A stretch of DNA of 64,000 nucleotides from an uncultured Verrucomicrobiota bacterium (GTDB taxonomy: Bacteria; Verrucomicrobiota; Kiritimatiellia; RFP12; UBA1067): assembly GCA_946533675.1 (NCBI GenBank), contig CAMNBZ010000003.1, forward strand, positions 33,014-97,013. Reading direction: 5' to 3'. Below are positions 33,301-40,434 of this stretch, one piece after another (the stretch's first letter is position 1; every line of letters begins with the position of its first letter). The notes under the pieces were generated by a model. That model was not told the DNA's origin. It saw only the letters and a list, made by a program, of their open reading frames with translations, and searched no databases. Both the position numbers and the translations under genes were made by a program.

Positions 33301-36300
33301 AGGTCGGCGACACGCTGACGCCCGAGACGGCGGGGAACTACACGTTCGTCTCGCTCTTCCCGTACGGAAGCAATCAGTCGTGGGTCTACTGCGCAGGCGC
33401 CGAGACCGCGCCGGCCGACGGCACGACATGGCAGGTGACCGCGGTCACGAACGTGCCGGTCGCGCTCGTCCACGCGCAGGTCTACGATCACTACGGGTAC
33501 AACCCGCGCACGGCCAACCCGACCGTCTCCAGCAACGAGTGGACCTCGGTCCATTCCAAGGCGTTCACGGCGCTCGACAAGTACCTCGTGACGAAGTGGC
33601 TGGCGGCGCTCGGCCTGACGGACGCGGCGGACTTCACGCTCGACGCGGCGACGGCGGATACGAACGGCAACGGCATCCCGGACGGCTGGGAGCTCTACGT
33701 GATGTTCGGCCCGGCGGGCGCGACCGCGACGGTCGACGAGGCGAAGATCTCGCCGTGGAAGAGCGCGGACTACGTGCGCGACTACGCCAACACGCCCGAC
33801 GGCGGACGCCTGACGATCCTCGACGAGTACGACCAGGGCAGCTGGCCGACCGATCCGTGGAGCATCGACACCGACGGCGACGGCGTGTTCGACGTCTACG
33901 CCTACCTCTATCACCTCAAGGGCGACCAGGCCGGTGCGGACGCCGACGGCGACGGCCTGAGCAACTACGCGGAATATCTCGTCAGCGAGGTCTTCCAGAT
34001 CGTCAAGGTCGATCCGAACCAGGCGATGACCGACGGCTCGACGCTCGACTACTACCGGAAGTTCGGCGAGCTGTACCTCGGCGAGGTCTTCACCGACCAC
34101 GACCGCGTCCGCGACCTCTGGGAGGCGCTGTACGAGCGCGGCACCATCGACGGCATCGACTACGCGGCGCGCGGCATCTACGATCCGGACGCGGACCGCG
34201 ACGGCGACGGCTGGAGCAACTACGCCGAGTTCCGGGCCGGCACGAGCCCGGCGCGGCAGACGAGCGCGGGCATCGACGACTTCATGCTGATCGAGCATCC
34301 CGTCCCGGTGGTGGAGATGGAGGTCGTCTACAACGGCACGGCCGACATCGAGGGCCGCACGCTCACCGTGAAGGCGTGGAACGAGGCGGACGATCCCGAC
34401 GCGCTCAAGGCGCCGACGGCGACCTGGACGGTCTCGACGTTGAACGAAAGCGGCTCCGCCACGCAGCAGAACACGACGACCAGCGAGGAGGTGCGCGAGA
34501 AGTACATCGGCCAGATGCCGACCGGCACGCGGACGTACTACCTCGGTTCCGGCGCGATCAAGGAGGGCTCGTTCAAGCTCTGCATCAAGGACAAGAACTA
34601 CGTGGAGGGCCAGATCGTCGAACTGCTGGGCCAGCGGTACTTCCAGCCGACCGGCTACGGCGACGCCGACGCCGCGCTGTGGTACTACGACGTGATCGAC
34701 CAGGGCGGCAAGCTCGTGCAGTCCGGCGGCATCTTCGCCGAGTCGCACCAGGTCGGCACGATCGACTACGATACGGGCCGCGTCACGATCGACTTCGACG
34801 ACGAGGAGTTCACGGACGAGCTGTACGTGGGCGATCCGTCCCAGGCGGCCGGCGCCTCGGGCAACAACGGCAACAACGGGAACACGACGACCTACCACGG
34901 CCTCAATCCGCCGACCTGCTACGTCAAGCTCGTCTGGTCGCCGGCGACGACCATCCCGGTGAAGGGCCGCCACTACCTGAGCGACGCGACGACGGGCTTC
35001 CTGCGCGAGGGCGCGACGACGTTCACGGTCGAGGCCGCGGCCTCCGACAGCGACGTCGACCAGAATTCGACCTCGACGGCGAAGGCCGGTCTCTACGGCG
35101 TCGTCCGCGGCGTGGACGTCGGCTGGGCGGGCGCCAAGTTCAAGGTGGAGCTGACGGACTTCAGCCCGGTGACGCCGCGCGTCGACCTGTGGGCGGACAC
35201 GCCCGACCGGACGGATCTCGTCCCGATCGAGGATCCGCGCGTCAACTCGTCGTCGAACGTGCTGGAGCTCGTGACCGCCGAGGGCGCGAACGCCCGCGTG
35301 CGCGTCGTCCGCTTCGCGATCAACGGCTATCCGATCGCCGCGACCTGGCCGGGTCAGGACCTCGACGAGGTCGTCTACGAGAACTTCTACAGCGTGGACG
35401 GCCGCACGCAGCTCACGGAACTCGACTTCCTGAACGACGGGGCGTTTGACATCGACTGGACGGACGACTTCAACCGTACGGTCGCGGGTTCGAGCGGCGC
35501 AACGGTCAATTCGACGCTCGTCGGGACGCTCGGCAGCGGTTCGTCCATCACCAACATCCAGTACCTCGTGGTGGTCGGCGACGGCGACGCGAACTGGGGC
35601 CGCGGCGACGGCACGAACACCGTTTACGCGCTCTCGACGCTGATCACGCGCCGCTTCGACCGGACGCGGGCGACGCCGGTGGCCGTGGCGGTGGACGGCC
35701 TCCAGTACGCGGCGCGTCCCACGTTCACGTGGCGCATGGAGGGCGAGGATGAGCGCGTGGCCCGGTTCGGATCGAGCTACACGGCCTTCAAGCTGCAGGT
35801 GCGCAAGGGCGACACGGTGATCTACGACTCCGGCATCCGCCGCGCGCCGGTCACCGATGCGAACGGCAACTTCGTCTGGACGGCGCCGATCTGCGCGGGC
35901 AGCCTGCTGCAGGACAACGCCTTCTACGGCACGACCGACAGCTACAACTGGCGCGTGACGATGTACAACGCGAAGTTCCGCACCGACTCCTGGTCGGCCC
36001 AGAACGGCGCGTCGGTCTTCACGACGGCGGTCAACGCGCAGCAGGAGGTCAACGACCACGGCTACTCCTCCATCCGCGTGGCGGTCAAGTACGCCGGTCC
36101 GTCGATCGTCCTGGAGAAGCAGGCGGACCTCGCGACGGCGCAGGGCAAGGTCGTCGTCCAGGCGTTCACGACGCCCGACTTCAGCGGCGAGCCGCTGGCG
36201 CAGGGTCTGGCGACGAACGAGGTCGACAGCCTCGTGCGCGCGACGGCCAACGCGACGCTGAAGGGCCTGGCCGCGACGGGCACCTACTACGTGCGCGCGT

Positions 36301-37073
36301 TCATCGACCTGGACGGCGACGGCCGGCTCTCCGCCTGGGAGCCGTGGGGGTACGCCGCGGACGCCGTGACGCTCGTCAACGACGGCACGATCGCCTCGGC
36401 GCCGCTCACCGCCGTCTGGATCGAGGACAGCGACACCGACGGCGACTGGGTGCCGGACGCCTATGAATACGCGGCCAGCGGCTGGAACGTCGACTGGGAC
36501 GAGAGCCTCAAGGGCAACCGCCGCACGCGGGCGACCGGGGCGACGACGGTTCTGGCGGACGGCGGCATCGTGATGCCGATCGCGACGAACGCGCTGACGA
36601 GCGCGGGCCTCTCGAAGGGTCTCCCGGGCGCGTCCTTCACGGCGATGCAGAGCGAGACCTTCGTGGCGGCGCTCCTCGGCCTGGACCTCAAGAACAAGAC
36701 GACGCTCGAGGCGATCGCCGAGGTGACGCGCGGCAAGCTCGTGCCGAACTCCGTCCGGGTGGTCGGTATCGCGCTGGAGCCCGACGGCTCGGCGGTGAAC
36801 CTCACCGTCAACGCCGATGTCGCCAGCGGCATCTCCGGCACGGTCGTCTCGCAGTACTACGAGTTCACCGGCAGCGACACCGTCCACGTGCTCGTGAAGG
36901 TCCTGAAGAAGGACTCGCTCGAGGACACGGACTGGACGCTCGTCTACACGACGCCGGAGCCGGTGGCCATCACGCCGCAGACGAACGAGACGGTCGTCGT
37001 GCCGTTCGACAAGCAGCTCGACCTCAAGAGCGGCTTCTTCAAGGTGAAGCTGGAGGAGGTCGTCGTCCCGTAA
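21315..37073 (+). CDS. giant secreted protein (~5,252 aa) with ~25 thrombospondin-type-3-like Ca-binding motifs, a LamG domain and a duplicated C-terminal super-module
   Basis: The signal peptide is MKMKLMKALVLTFALAAGTAARA, after an AGGGAGA SD. The ORF is uninterrupted for 15.8 kb. Many D-x-D-x-D-G-[LIMV]-x-[DN]-x-[WYE]-E motifs occur. The C-terminal tail is SGFFKVKLEEVVVP. Confidence 0.9.
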   Translation: MKMKLMKALVLTFALAAGTAARAAGDLIEILPCDATGQTLAVPVSSVADPIDCTPHYFKLRLVNRIGYSASQPWVMVPKVTGATDPLKMYVYISGELREAAYTGTTVPNGLTTDFVFSFTPRAGDLALPVVLATTAGRADVSGLTEGSIVYRLANDHLWGIYPNGDTTQDEAVLILNDSNEVHASRPEGGDWSNDYSLAGAGFYVKEVDFDANAYSDTVWRSINSNDTTCVNTALPMLKVNSPENTSSAFVYVWTKDPDVVVVDGNSASIGTEYAIDGTDEDGQPLKTKGLKIQVAANSDSKSFYLKALGAVGATTTLFMADTPTNIYYNSGSVIPNFVTRTVRVDVPNPPAAKLYFNGETSTTTLALGADADYQTTKATVMVELSEAYTADVTVTLGAKYTDATDVDLAANDYISLSTTDGTASWSQPAAQVTIPAGSTMATLYLHVLGGSSQTKDGIILSVASIDGAGDHYAAGAQATLSISPTTPKIANPANGAVFEGALTGESFLLEDFRIDDTYANRLKGTTEGYTVFYKRTYAAGGGDAKFQQATFTNALDGTAKDTASVLGLRLAKAGTATVTMYLQAPDGTKTATADYVTFTVEVTQSPQVTAQVTSGLNDDETASEGATLQVKFFLSDANSADGNLYAFLVPADEATSNNVDVCTALADSGRTGVEILNGESASRLYATLKFKDGSTIGDLMTFNIFLSEDKTLGAPDYATYPDYGYKTYDGYADGSLMIYVVNEIPKVALVQINGVDGTSIDGDIVEDVQTSQGIECKFATVVTEPSATDLTAADGKEFLVQYTFYDGTSLPQVRTVPGNPNALTDGVYSTVTNFTFQSAGTNKVTVALKDKDMDAYGDKFTFYVIVNATPGVEITSGRMDASAVYPEDETGAINAPLSVRLTATPNDALEIGLKVDHAVASDTFALPTLNLPVENREITPGVFADVYVVTFNAGYRNPAQNIYFTAIDGTGNSEINGVTITPYVLTDTESPYAGKTYRELYTNLVPFTMYPQGVDPVIVTPSEASEVMTNKTSIGVDNIVNWAVRDIAGDFAPPATVAITVEGVTTVISNNIDIAGGSIRAVSGSHKFQFDSTGPKTVILTVTDKDGRPATRTILYMIDPSKNVIVYPHGANRSNVSSISSPYVNAQGLGTGYVWQDGTLVGDNTKKFTNRRALSFGVTATSATFAGMGDMTGWLGNGAASTLAYDSYLYGWIVTAGGEATFTGYSPHYGTYADYAAAFADADNYAATVTLPSADEFDETANAYADRFLEAIFSREWRAADNMGDINADGVPDFFAVAKSYANGTVQEADGTGAEARTQIDTLNDDLDFLPGRIAVPLAPSTWSGDDGSPFTARLEVRGSHNGLNYGMFRADKKEAADGWISDLDLSLAEKLYLVSHAQANAGAALADALLATLPANYVAGDLADGWLTPTNATEQAAAKAYIDWTWSGYEEGDAPAKWGFTVENRTDPTSDDTDGDGLPDGYEYALWYAATVGSVDATGNRTTITGTRFDLSDIESTDDVITSADIAAIYNPNAYRKSAEQDTDNDGLFDLEEMLIGTSPIHWDTDSDGLSDLYEVLYNLNPLKAATDNNTPDGETNHDGDFMARASTTAAYMIVESATGELWAFSTYTYSDDGTAAILTGTGFPVARFNGGYIPRTLYVTEELMTQAATLTFETGTTLDSHSVIFSTLDLYHAQVYWYKGFDPRTGWYVNGSNGSLSTTKRWLKNNAPIPGGTPVDTAAYTAHDEYLLLKFRQITGMTVRADQKHTIQGYITLNCTNPSAETEAGATIGDGTKEYGACGNGADTDSDGVPDGWELYIGVDPQIDFRIPKSSSGHDPLYWDGYTDGYGNLIAAIGDNSAYDDGLTLVGEYAGTDSTLAFAGCESIYANHPSQAGSVHVNWFNKFFPTDPRQIDTDGDGINDGAEGTSWSELFTMNRWGQRAATSTLEYKEITHNFIYGSPSDNGSLCIRGGGLNPTCLDTDGDGLPDPWERQYAGALFTGTSIVDSQFKQGAPDTSVFNDIAAALLAFGSSTNVAEGGYHILMGMDGTANDAATEVRLGSPDLDWDGDGLQNWQEYMVQAMRHFRYDDFHTPLMGFDAPKFDLGSGTYLPGGWFGRDENGEGQFLEMSYSTRFTPAELATLQEIGYTNFVDFVTRYEAADETRDYLRDLGYLALPPREWDHARVDLGKRYMLPPKLIQEKPQVTTARLPTVWQFTDGTAVDLTDPTTYASGTVATGEIGAFSFLGMSWFWDEATGKSVEPYILTTTNLVFTTTGAAGYVGTDPRLWDTDEDGMDDYWELFHGLNPILGDPGQPSESDVTIVSNNVTTVETLTTYVGAKDVIYDRYYSISAWKNGWVGFDREWDAADKTPPLDAIRYPWMMGVSMCDADGDGLRNEEEALMANLASPDAYHTDPSPLWMTDSTVGSFQVPVMEVETVTTNLTTAAGLPVLDGTGNPIAIDMVVTNVSSYLTFRRSPSYTALYYNDDAMTASPFGTAQFASYEMHEGYDTDGDFRSDKTEMEKVVETTSDPLDFDDISRRQSIHFGGKDDPGVALTFEPIRRNANGQSLFRQFTVEAWVRPEAPAAGERQYVVTRGINYPAWDLLNSNTVVRLNFALGIDESGRSLARFDSSTDEGFVEITGSALPADTWVHLALTFDGETLRLYENAVEMSSLPTTMIPANGVHGQMQDPQYARGFPYNTYSAYPAATALGGSPRAAAFEAGAAAGAAWETLAGDLFKGSVDEVRIWDGARTLDQIAADYRKRYSVSDVKALRDRIVAQRREGATRNDNDAEGTLDPELIQHYNFTALPGATEAQYVQKVPAGFAANVLALVRDPDDAEMSDLVKVGWWNDILTNATIAVNQVYTSPHVVPWIQNTVAHLPRVSGTVLDSVYWSENYAGYTPASFHSLGSFTFPNAMNPYSFTSLKLEEDYALNKFLKLGDGLYSIYYSDIRYEFTGTSDLVPLGSAFAQRLAESWDGEGAEDVWAITTDGTALDGDPDGAGIPQWARDAGYTTAEAYVYALAHGLIPGGIDPAYAQTADMDGDGLPDWWEVLKGVSEMGANDDPDHDGLSNYQEYLISEGAAFGRGTGADGWPVGLNPLAAITDKSEGFVRDYFRKGGADKTNWYLGEIIGDHDFMEDWWEAGYPRSYANPGVYDPHDDTDGDGWTNWEELRYSRFTSTIAADRISHIVGDSEIKDMPVPTLRLSLAYNGSQQVGEAPIVIQTYSKRGAESADATFTVQRGESEELTRYIGKWSDRVVHGTLTPGHINAKSLDIEFAAVDSDSEYVVQFVGLEDVIPGSTGRFYPLTYDEYMQLYNTYGSNRVVLQTTSAFVWSQFNQANGVTVGDEGYIRLLGERVGTIDLETGAYDLDLGPFAEHGLTGTNGTYALSSTVLRFKYTSTGPKLADNRLDLYLGEAGSGYVRGGTNTITAFYDLDGNGVYTPGEPFGVAEGVDVGWFHSAETVIELTDTTAILPRVDVTTLASDRSAVLGDAGGVSAEAVLAVGDAAEGAAAQTSGIAGTYHIVRTAVNGTELPSRTTVLSKTLTYAGRSYLCEGDVTRTGSLGLDWGALDAAAARVGIAPADISRVTYALERVTVSEETGLPETEELMTFVNTFNTIRGTARAVAPIQGAAVVQAAPTFVWTSEDETMTAFRLQVCDDEGSIVYDSGAKLLPARLNGTYTFTPDLYVDFAATNGAPVFADGGSYRWRVGLLNAKFATIDEAADADWSDWSDFATGVASTDGQLTGYGSAAAAVRYYGPAAGDEAANILVEAYDTPDFSGAPRARARLADLALLGDRADLTTTNAVLRGLEPGKIYLVAFIDRNNNGVRDRYESWGYANQVDVHTPDIYTPASVEVKAEAVKTSAAVIYIEDTDLNKNGVPDPLESLDDLQTADAAITDVSRDVDSDGDGLTDDDETGVHGTDPNQADTDGDGMPDGWEVENGTNPLADDGATALDGDVMAYAELKGQTVFTATDGTETKSVWVKASDTARAVQVGDTLTPETAGNYTFVSLFPYGSNQSWVYCAGAETAPADGTTWQVTAVTNVPVALVHAQVYDHYGYNPRTANPTVSSNEWTSVHSKAFTALDKYLVTKWLAALGLTDAADFTLDAATADTNGNGIPDGWELYVMFGPAGATATVDEAKISPWKSADYVRDYANTPDGGRLTILDEYDQGSWPTDPWSIDTDGDGVFDVYAYLYHLKGDQAGADADGDGLSNYAEYLVSEVFQIVKVDPNQAMTDGSTLDYYRKFGELYLGEVFTDHDRVRDLWEALYERGTIDGIDYAARGIYDPDADRDGDGWSNYAEFRAGTSPARQTSAGIDDFMLIEHPVPVVEMEVVYNGTADIEGRTLTVKAWNEADDPDALKAPTATWTVSTLNESGSATQQNTTTSEEVREKYIGQMPTGTRTYYLGSGAIKEGSFKLCIKDKNYVEGQIVELLGQRYFQPTGYGDADAALWYYDVIDQGGKLVQSGGIFAESHQVGTIDYDTGRVTIDFDDEEFTDELYVGDPSQAAGASGNNGNNGNTTTYHGLNPPTCYVKLVWSPATTIPVKGRHYLSDATTGFLREGATTFTVEAAASDSDVDQNSTSTAKAGLYGVVRGVDVGWAGAKFKVELTDFSPVTPRVDLWADTPDRTDLVPIEDPRVNSSSNVLELVTAEGANARVRVVRFAINGYPIAATWPGQDLDEVVYENFYSVDGRTQLTELDFLNDGAFDIDWTDDFNRTVAGSSGATVNSTLVGTLGSGSSITNIQYLVVVGDGDANWGRGDGTNTVYALSTLITRRFDRTRATPVAVAVDGLQYAARPTFTWRMEGEDERVARFGSSYTAFKLQVRKGDTVIYDSGIRRAPVTDANGNFVWTAPICAGSLLQDNAFYGTTDSYNWRVTMYNAKFRTDSWSAQNGASVFTTAVNAQQEVNDHGYSSIRVAVKYAGPSIVLEKQADLATAQGKVVVQAFTTPDFSGEPLAQGLATNEVDSLVRATANATLKGLAATGTYYVRAFIDLDGDGRLSAWEPWGYAADAVTLVNDGTIASAPLTAVWIEDSDTDGDWVPDAYEYAASGWNVDWDESLKGNRRTRATGATTVLADGGIVMPIATNALTSAGLSKGLPGASFTAMQSETFVAALLGLDLKNKTTLEAIAEVTRGKLVPNSVRVVGIALEPDGSAVNLTVNADVASGISGTVVSQYYEFTGSDTVHVLVKVLKKDSLEDTDWTLVYTTPEPVAITPQTNETVVVPFDKQLDLKSGFFKVKLEEVVVP
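28930..29610 (+). other. LamG (Laminin_G_3-like) domain in giant protein 2
   Basis: FRQFTVEAWVRP...WVHLALTFDGETLRLYENAV...FKGSVDEVRIWDGARTLDQIAADYRKRY. Confidence 0.65.
30430..36480 (+). repeat. tandem duplication of a ~3.4-3.5 kb coding super-module inside giant gene 2 (copy A ~30430-33860, copy B ~33860-36480)
   Basis: Landmarks are colinear and about 3.39-3.53 kb apart. Pairs are DPDHDGLSNYQEY (30507) / DADGDGLSNYAEY (33939), DTDGDGWTNWEEL / DRDGDGWSNYAEF and MPVPTLRLSLAYNGS / HPVPVVEMEVVYNGT. Further pairs are PTFVWT...FRLQV / PTFTWR...FKLQV, YRWRVGLLNAKF / YNWRVTMYNAKF, TPDFSGAP / TPDFSGEP and FIDRNNNGVRDRYESWGYA / FIDLDGDGRLSAWEPWGYA. Confidence 0.7.
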
Positions 37074-37139
37074 GGGGCGGCGGCCCCCGCCGGGCGGCGA
37101 AGCGAAAGATGCAACAAAGGAAAGAACAGACAAACACGT

Positions 37140-38273
37140 ATGAAAAAGGCAATCCGTAAAGTTCTCGTCATCAACTCGGGCTCGAGCTCGCTCAAGTACC
37201 AGCTCTTCGACATGGTCAAGGGCGAGCGCATCGCCAAGGGCCTCGTCGAACGCATCGGCTGCGGCGGCCCGAAGGACCACACGGCCGCGCTCGACCAGGT
37301 CGTGAAGGATCTCGGCGACGCCGCGAAGGACGTCGACGCCATCGGCCACCGCGTCCTCCACGGCGCGGAGGTCTTCAAGGACTCCGTGAAGGTGACGAAG
37401 GACGTGATGGCGAAGTGCAGGAAGCTCGTCAAGTTCGGCCCCCTGCACATGCCCGCGAACCTCGGCGGCATCGAGGCGTGCGAGAAGATCTTCAAGGGCG
37501 TGCCGAACGTGGCGGTCTTCGACACGGCGTTCCACCAGACGATGCCCGACTGCGCGGCGATGTACGCCATCGACCCGAAGTACTACAGGAAGATGGGCAT
37601 CCGCAAGTACGGCTTCCACGGCACGAGCCACAAGTTCATCACCCAGGAGGCGGCGAAGTTCCTCAAGAAGCCCGTCTCCAAGGTGAATCTCGTCACGTGC
37701 CACATGGGCAACGGCTCGTCGCTCGCGGCGGTCAAGAACGGCCAGTGCGTCGACACGTCGATGGGTCTCACCCCGCTCGCCGGCATGGTGATGGGCACGC
37801 GCTGCGGCGACATCGACGCGGCGGCGGTCCTCTCCATCATGGAGGCGGAGAAGCTGACGCCGGCCGAGATGGATACGCTCCTGAACAAGAAGTCGGGCCT
37901 TGCGGCGCTCGCGGGTTCCAGCGACTGCCGCGACATCTGCGCGATGGCGGAGAAGGGCGACAAGAAGGCCGAGCTCGCGCTGGAGATGCTCGCCTACCGC
38001 ACGGCGTTCTACATCGGCGGCTACAACACCGTGATCGGCGGCGCGGACGCGATCGTGATGACGGGCGGCATCGGCGAGAACTCGAGCGAGGTGCGCGAGC
38101 GCATCGTCCGCCGTCTCGGCGCGCTCGGGATCAAGCTCGACAGGAAGGCGAACAAGGTGCGCGGCCAGGTGGCGGTGATCTCGACCAGGGATTCCAAGAT
38201 TCCGGTCGTCATCATCCCGACGAACGAGGAGCTCGCCATCGCGCAGGACACCGTGAAGATACTCGGGAAGTAA
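37140..38273 (+). CDS. ackA: acetate kinase
   Basis: VLVINSGSSSLKYQLFDM, HRVLHGAE, FDTAFHQTMP, YGFHGTSH, GGIGENS and IPTNEELAIA are all present. Confidence 0.97.
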   Translation: MKKAIRKVLVINSGSSSLKYQLFDMVKGERIAKGLVERIGCGGPKDHTAALDQVVKDLGDAAKDVDAIGHRVLHGAEVFKDSVKVTKDVMAKCRKLVKFGPLHMPANLGGIEACEKIFKGVPNVAVFDTAFHQTMPDCAAMYAIDPKYYRKMGIRKYGFHGTSHKFITQEAAKFLKKPVSKVNLVTCHMGNGSSLAAVKNGQCVDTSMGLTPLAGMVMGTRCGDIDAAAVLSIMEAEKLTPAEMDTLLNKKSGLAALAGSSDCRDICAMAEKGDKKAELALEMLAYRTAFYIGGYNTVIGGADAIVMTGGIGENSSEVRERIVRRLGALGIKLDRKANKVRGQVAVISTRDSKIPVVIIPTNEELAIAQDTVKILGK

Positions 38274-38308
38274 AGGGACTTAAAGGACAGAAGGGACTGG
38301 AGCAAGCC

Positions 38309-39346
38309 ATGAACGCAATCAAGACGATTATTGAAAAGGCTTCGGCGCTGCACGGCACGGTCGTGCTGCCGGAGGGCATGGATGCGCGCGTCATCACGGC
38401 CGCGTGCGCCTGCGTCGACCGCAAGATCTGCACGCCGGTCGTGCTCGGCACGGCCGAGGAGATCGCGGCGGCCGAGGCGAAGGCGGGTCTGAAGCTCGCC
38501 GAACGCAACATCCGAACGATCGACTACACTTTAGGAGACGCGGAGCTGGAGGCGGCGTACCTCGAGGCGTGGAACGCGAAGGAAGCGCGCAAGCCCGCCG
38601 AGAAGCAGAAGATCATCGACCTCGCGGCGGCCCAGAAGACGCTGCGCACGAAGCGCATCTACTTCGGCGGCATGATGGTCAAGCTCGGCCGCGTCGACGG
38701 CCTCGTCGCGGGCTCCATCGCCTCGACGGGCGACATGCTGCGCGCGGCGTTCCACACGCTCGGCACGCAGAAGGGCGTCAAGACGGCGAGTTCGTGCTTC
38801 ATCATGGACCTCAAGCGGCCGACGCCCGCGGGCGATTCGGTGCTCGCGTTCGGCGACTGCGCCGTCATCCCCAACCCGACGGCGGAGCAGCTCGTCGACA
38901 TCGGCCTCGCGACCGCGCAGACGTACCGCGACCTCACCGGCAACGAGCCGCGCGTCGCGTACCTCAGCTTCTCCACCAAGGGCTCGGCGGCGGGCGACCT
39001 CGTCGAAAAGGTGCAGAAGGCGGTCGAGCTCGCGAAGCCGGTCTTTGCCGAGAAGGGCATCAAGATGGACGGCGAGCTCCAGTTCGACGCGGCCATCGTC
39101 CCGTCGGTCGGCCAGCTCAAGAATCCGAACGGCACGGTGCAGGGCAACGCGAACGTCTTCATCTTCCCTGACCTCCAGGCGGGCAACATCGGCTACAAGA
39201 TCGCGCAGCGCCTCGGCGAGGCGGACGCGATCGGACCGAACCTCCAGGGCCTCGCGAAGGCGATGAACGACCTCTCGCGCGGCTGCTCGGCGGAAGACAT
39301 CGTGGGCACGATCTGCGTGACGCTCTTGCAGAGCACGACAAAGTAA
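38309..39346 (+). CDS. pta: phosphate acetyltransferase (short form)
   Basis: The protein starts MNAIKTIIEKASALHGTVVLPEGMDARVITAA and contains GLVAGSIASTGDMLRAA, DCAVIPNPTAEQL, FIFPDLQAGNIGYKIAQRL and GPNLQGL. The ORF-track start at 37415 is an off-frame-like 5' extension through ackA and is rejected. Confidence 0.95.
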   Translation: MNAIKTIIEKASALHGTVVLPEGMDARVITAACACVDRKICTPVVLGTAEEIAAAEAKAGLKLAERNIRTIDYTLGDAELEAAYLEAWNAKEARKPAEKQKIIDLAAAQKTLRTKRIYFGGMMVKLGRVDGLVAGSIASTGDMLRAAFHTLGTQKGVKTASSCFIMDLKRPTPAGDSVLAFGDCAVIPNPTAEQLVDIGLATAQTYRDLTGNEPRVAYLSFSTKGSAAGDLVEKVQKAVELAKPVFAEKGIKMDGELQFDAAIVPSVGQLKNPNGTVQGNANVFIFPDLQAGNIGYKIAQRLGEADAIGPNLQGLAKAMNDLSRGCSAEDIVGTICVTLLQSTTK

Positions 39347-39357
39347 AGGACGACGAG

Positions 39358-39402
39358 GATTCTAGAAGTCTAGAAACCGAGAAGCCGAGAAACCGAGAAA
39401 GG
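39358..39402. repeat. mini CTAG element plus (CCGAGA)x3 between pta and the isomerase gene
   Basis: TCTAGAAGTCTAGAAA mimics the centre of the large arrays (TCTAGAAAGTCTAGA). It is followed by GAAACCGAGAAGCCGAGAAACCGAGAAAGG. Confidence 0.6.
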
Positions 39403-39408
39403 CGATTG

Positions 39409-40395
39409 ATGACAGAGCAGGAGATGATCAAACGGGCGGCGGAAGTCTTCGATATCGAGATCGAAGGGCTTCGCCGCACCCGCGATTCGCTGGGTGCTTC
39501 GTTCGCCCGGGCGGTCGATCTCATGCTCGCGTGCATCCGCAACGAAGGCATCATCGTGGTGACGGGGGTCGGCAAGAACCTCGCCATCGCGGAGAAGATG
39601 AGCGCGATCTTCGCCTCGACGGGGACGCGCTCGATCTGCCTCAACCCCGTGCAGGCGATGCACGGAGACCTCGGGATGGTCGCGCCGCGCGACGTGCTCA
39701 TCGCGCTGAGCTTCTCGGGCGAGAGCGACGAGATCCTGCGGCTCATCCCCGCCATCCGGCGGCACGGCCTGAAGGTCATCGGCATGACGGGCCGGCCGCA
39801 GTCGACGCTCGCCGAGATGAGCGACATCCACATCGAAATCCCGTGCGGGAAGGAGGCGTGCCCCTTCGGCATGGCGCCGACGAACTCGACGACGGCGACG
39901 ATGGCGATGGGCGACGCGCTCGCGATGGTGATGATCGACGCGCTGAAGTTCGACGTCGAAAGCTACGCGCTGAACCACCCGGCGGGCGCGATCGGGCGCG
40001 CGCTCATCCTGAAGGTAACCGACATCATGCGCACGGGCGAGAAGCTGGCGAAGGTGGCGCCGGCGGCGACGGTGATGGACGCGCTCATGGCGATGACGAA
40101 GGCCAAGTCGGGCGCCGCGGTGATCGCCGCCGCGGACGGGCGGCTCGCGGGCATCTTCACCGACGGCGACTTCCGGCGCGTCGTCGCGGGCCGGGGCAGC
40201 GGCGACGTGCTGGGCGAGCCGGTGGCGAACCACATGACGCGCAGCCCCCTCTTCGTGCGCGACGACGCGCTCGCGGCGGAGATCGTCAAGGTGTTCGAGA
40301 AGCGGCGCATCGACGACCTGCCGGTGTGCGACGCGGACGGCCGGGTGGTCGGCCTCGTGGACATCCAGGACCTGCCGAAGATCAAAGTTTTGTAA
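39409..40395 (+). CDS. KpsF/GutQ-family arabinose-5-phosphate isomerase (SIS + tandem CBS)
   Basis: The SIS domain shows VVTGVGKNLAIAEKMSAIFASTGT...HGDLGMV...ISFSGESDE. The C-terminal CBS pair shows VMDALMAMTKAKSGAAVI...GIFTDGDFRR and DDLPVCD...VGLVDIQDL. Confidence 0.93.
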   Translation: MTEQEMIKRAAEVFDIEIEGLRRTRDSLGASFARAVDLMLACIRNEGIIVVTGVGKNLAIAEKMSAIFASTGTRSICLNPVQAMHGDLGMVAPRDVLIALSFSGESDEILRLIPAIRRHGLKVIGMTGRPQSTLAEMSDIHIEIPCGKEACPFGMAPTNSTTATMAMGDALAMVMIDALKFDVESYALNHPAGAIGRALILKVTDIMRTGEKLAKVAPAATVMDALMAMTKAKSGAAVIAAADGRLAGIFTDGDFRRVVAGRGSGDVLGEPVANHMTRSPLFVRDDALAAEIVKVFEKRRIDDLPVCDADGRVVGLVDIQDLPKIKVL

Positions 40396-40434
40396 CCCCC
40401 ACATTTCACAACACAACAAGAAAGGAATGAACTC

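Noticed and set aside
37074-37105. The GC hairpin GGGGC-GGCG-GCCCC after giant gene 2 as an intrinsic terminator.
   Set aside because: The stem is short and no U-tract follows. It may still pause transcription, but I cannot support it as a terminator.
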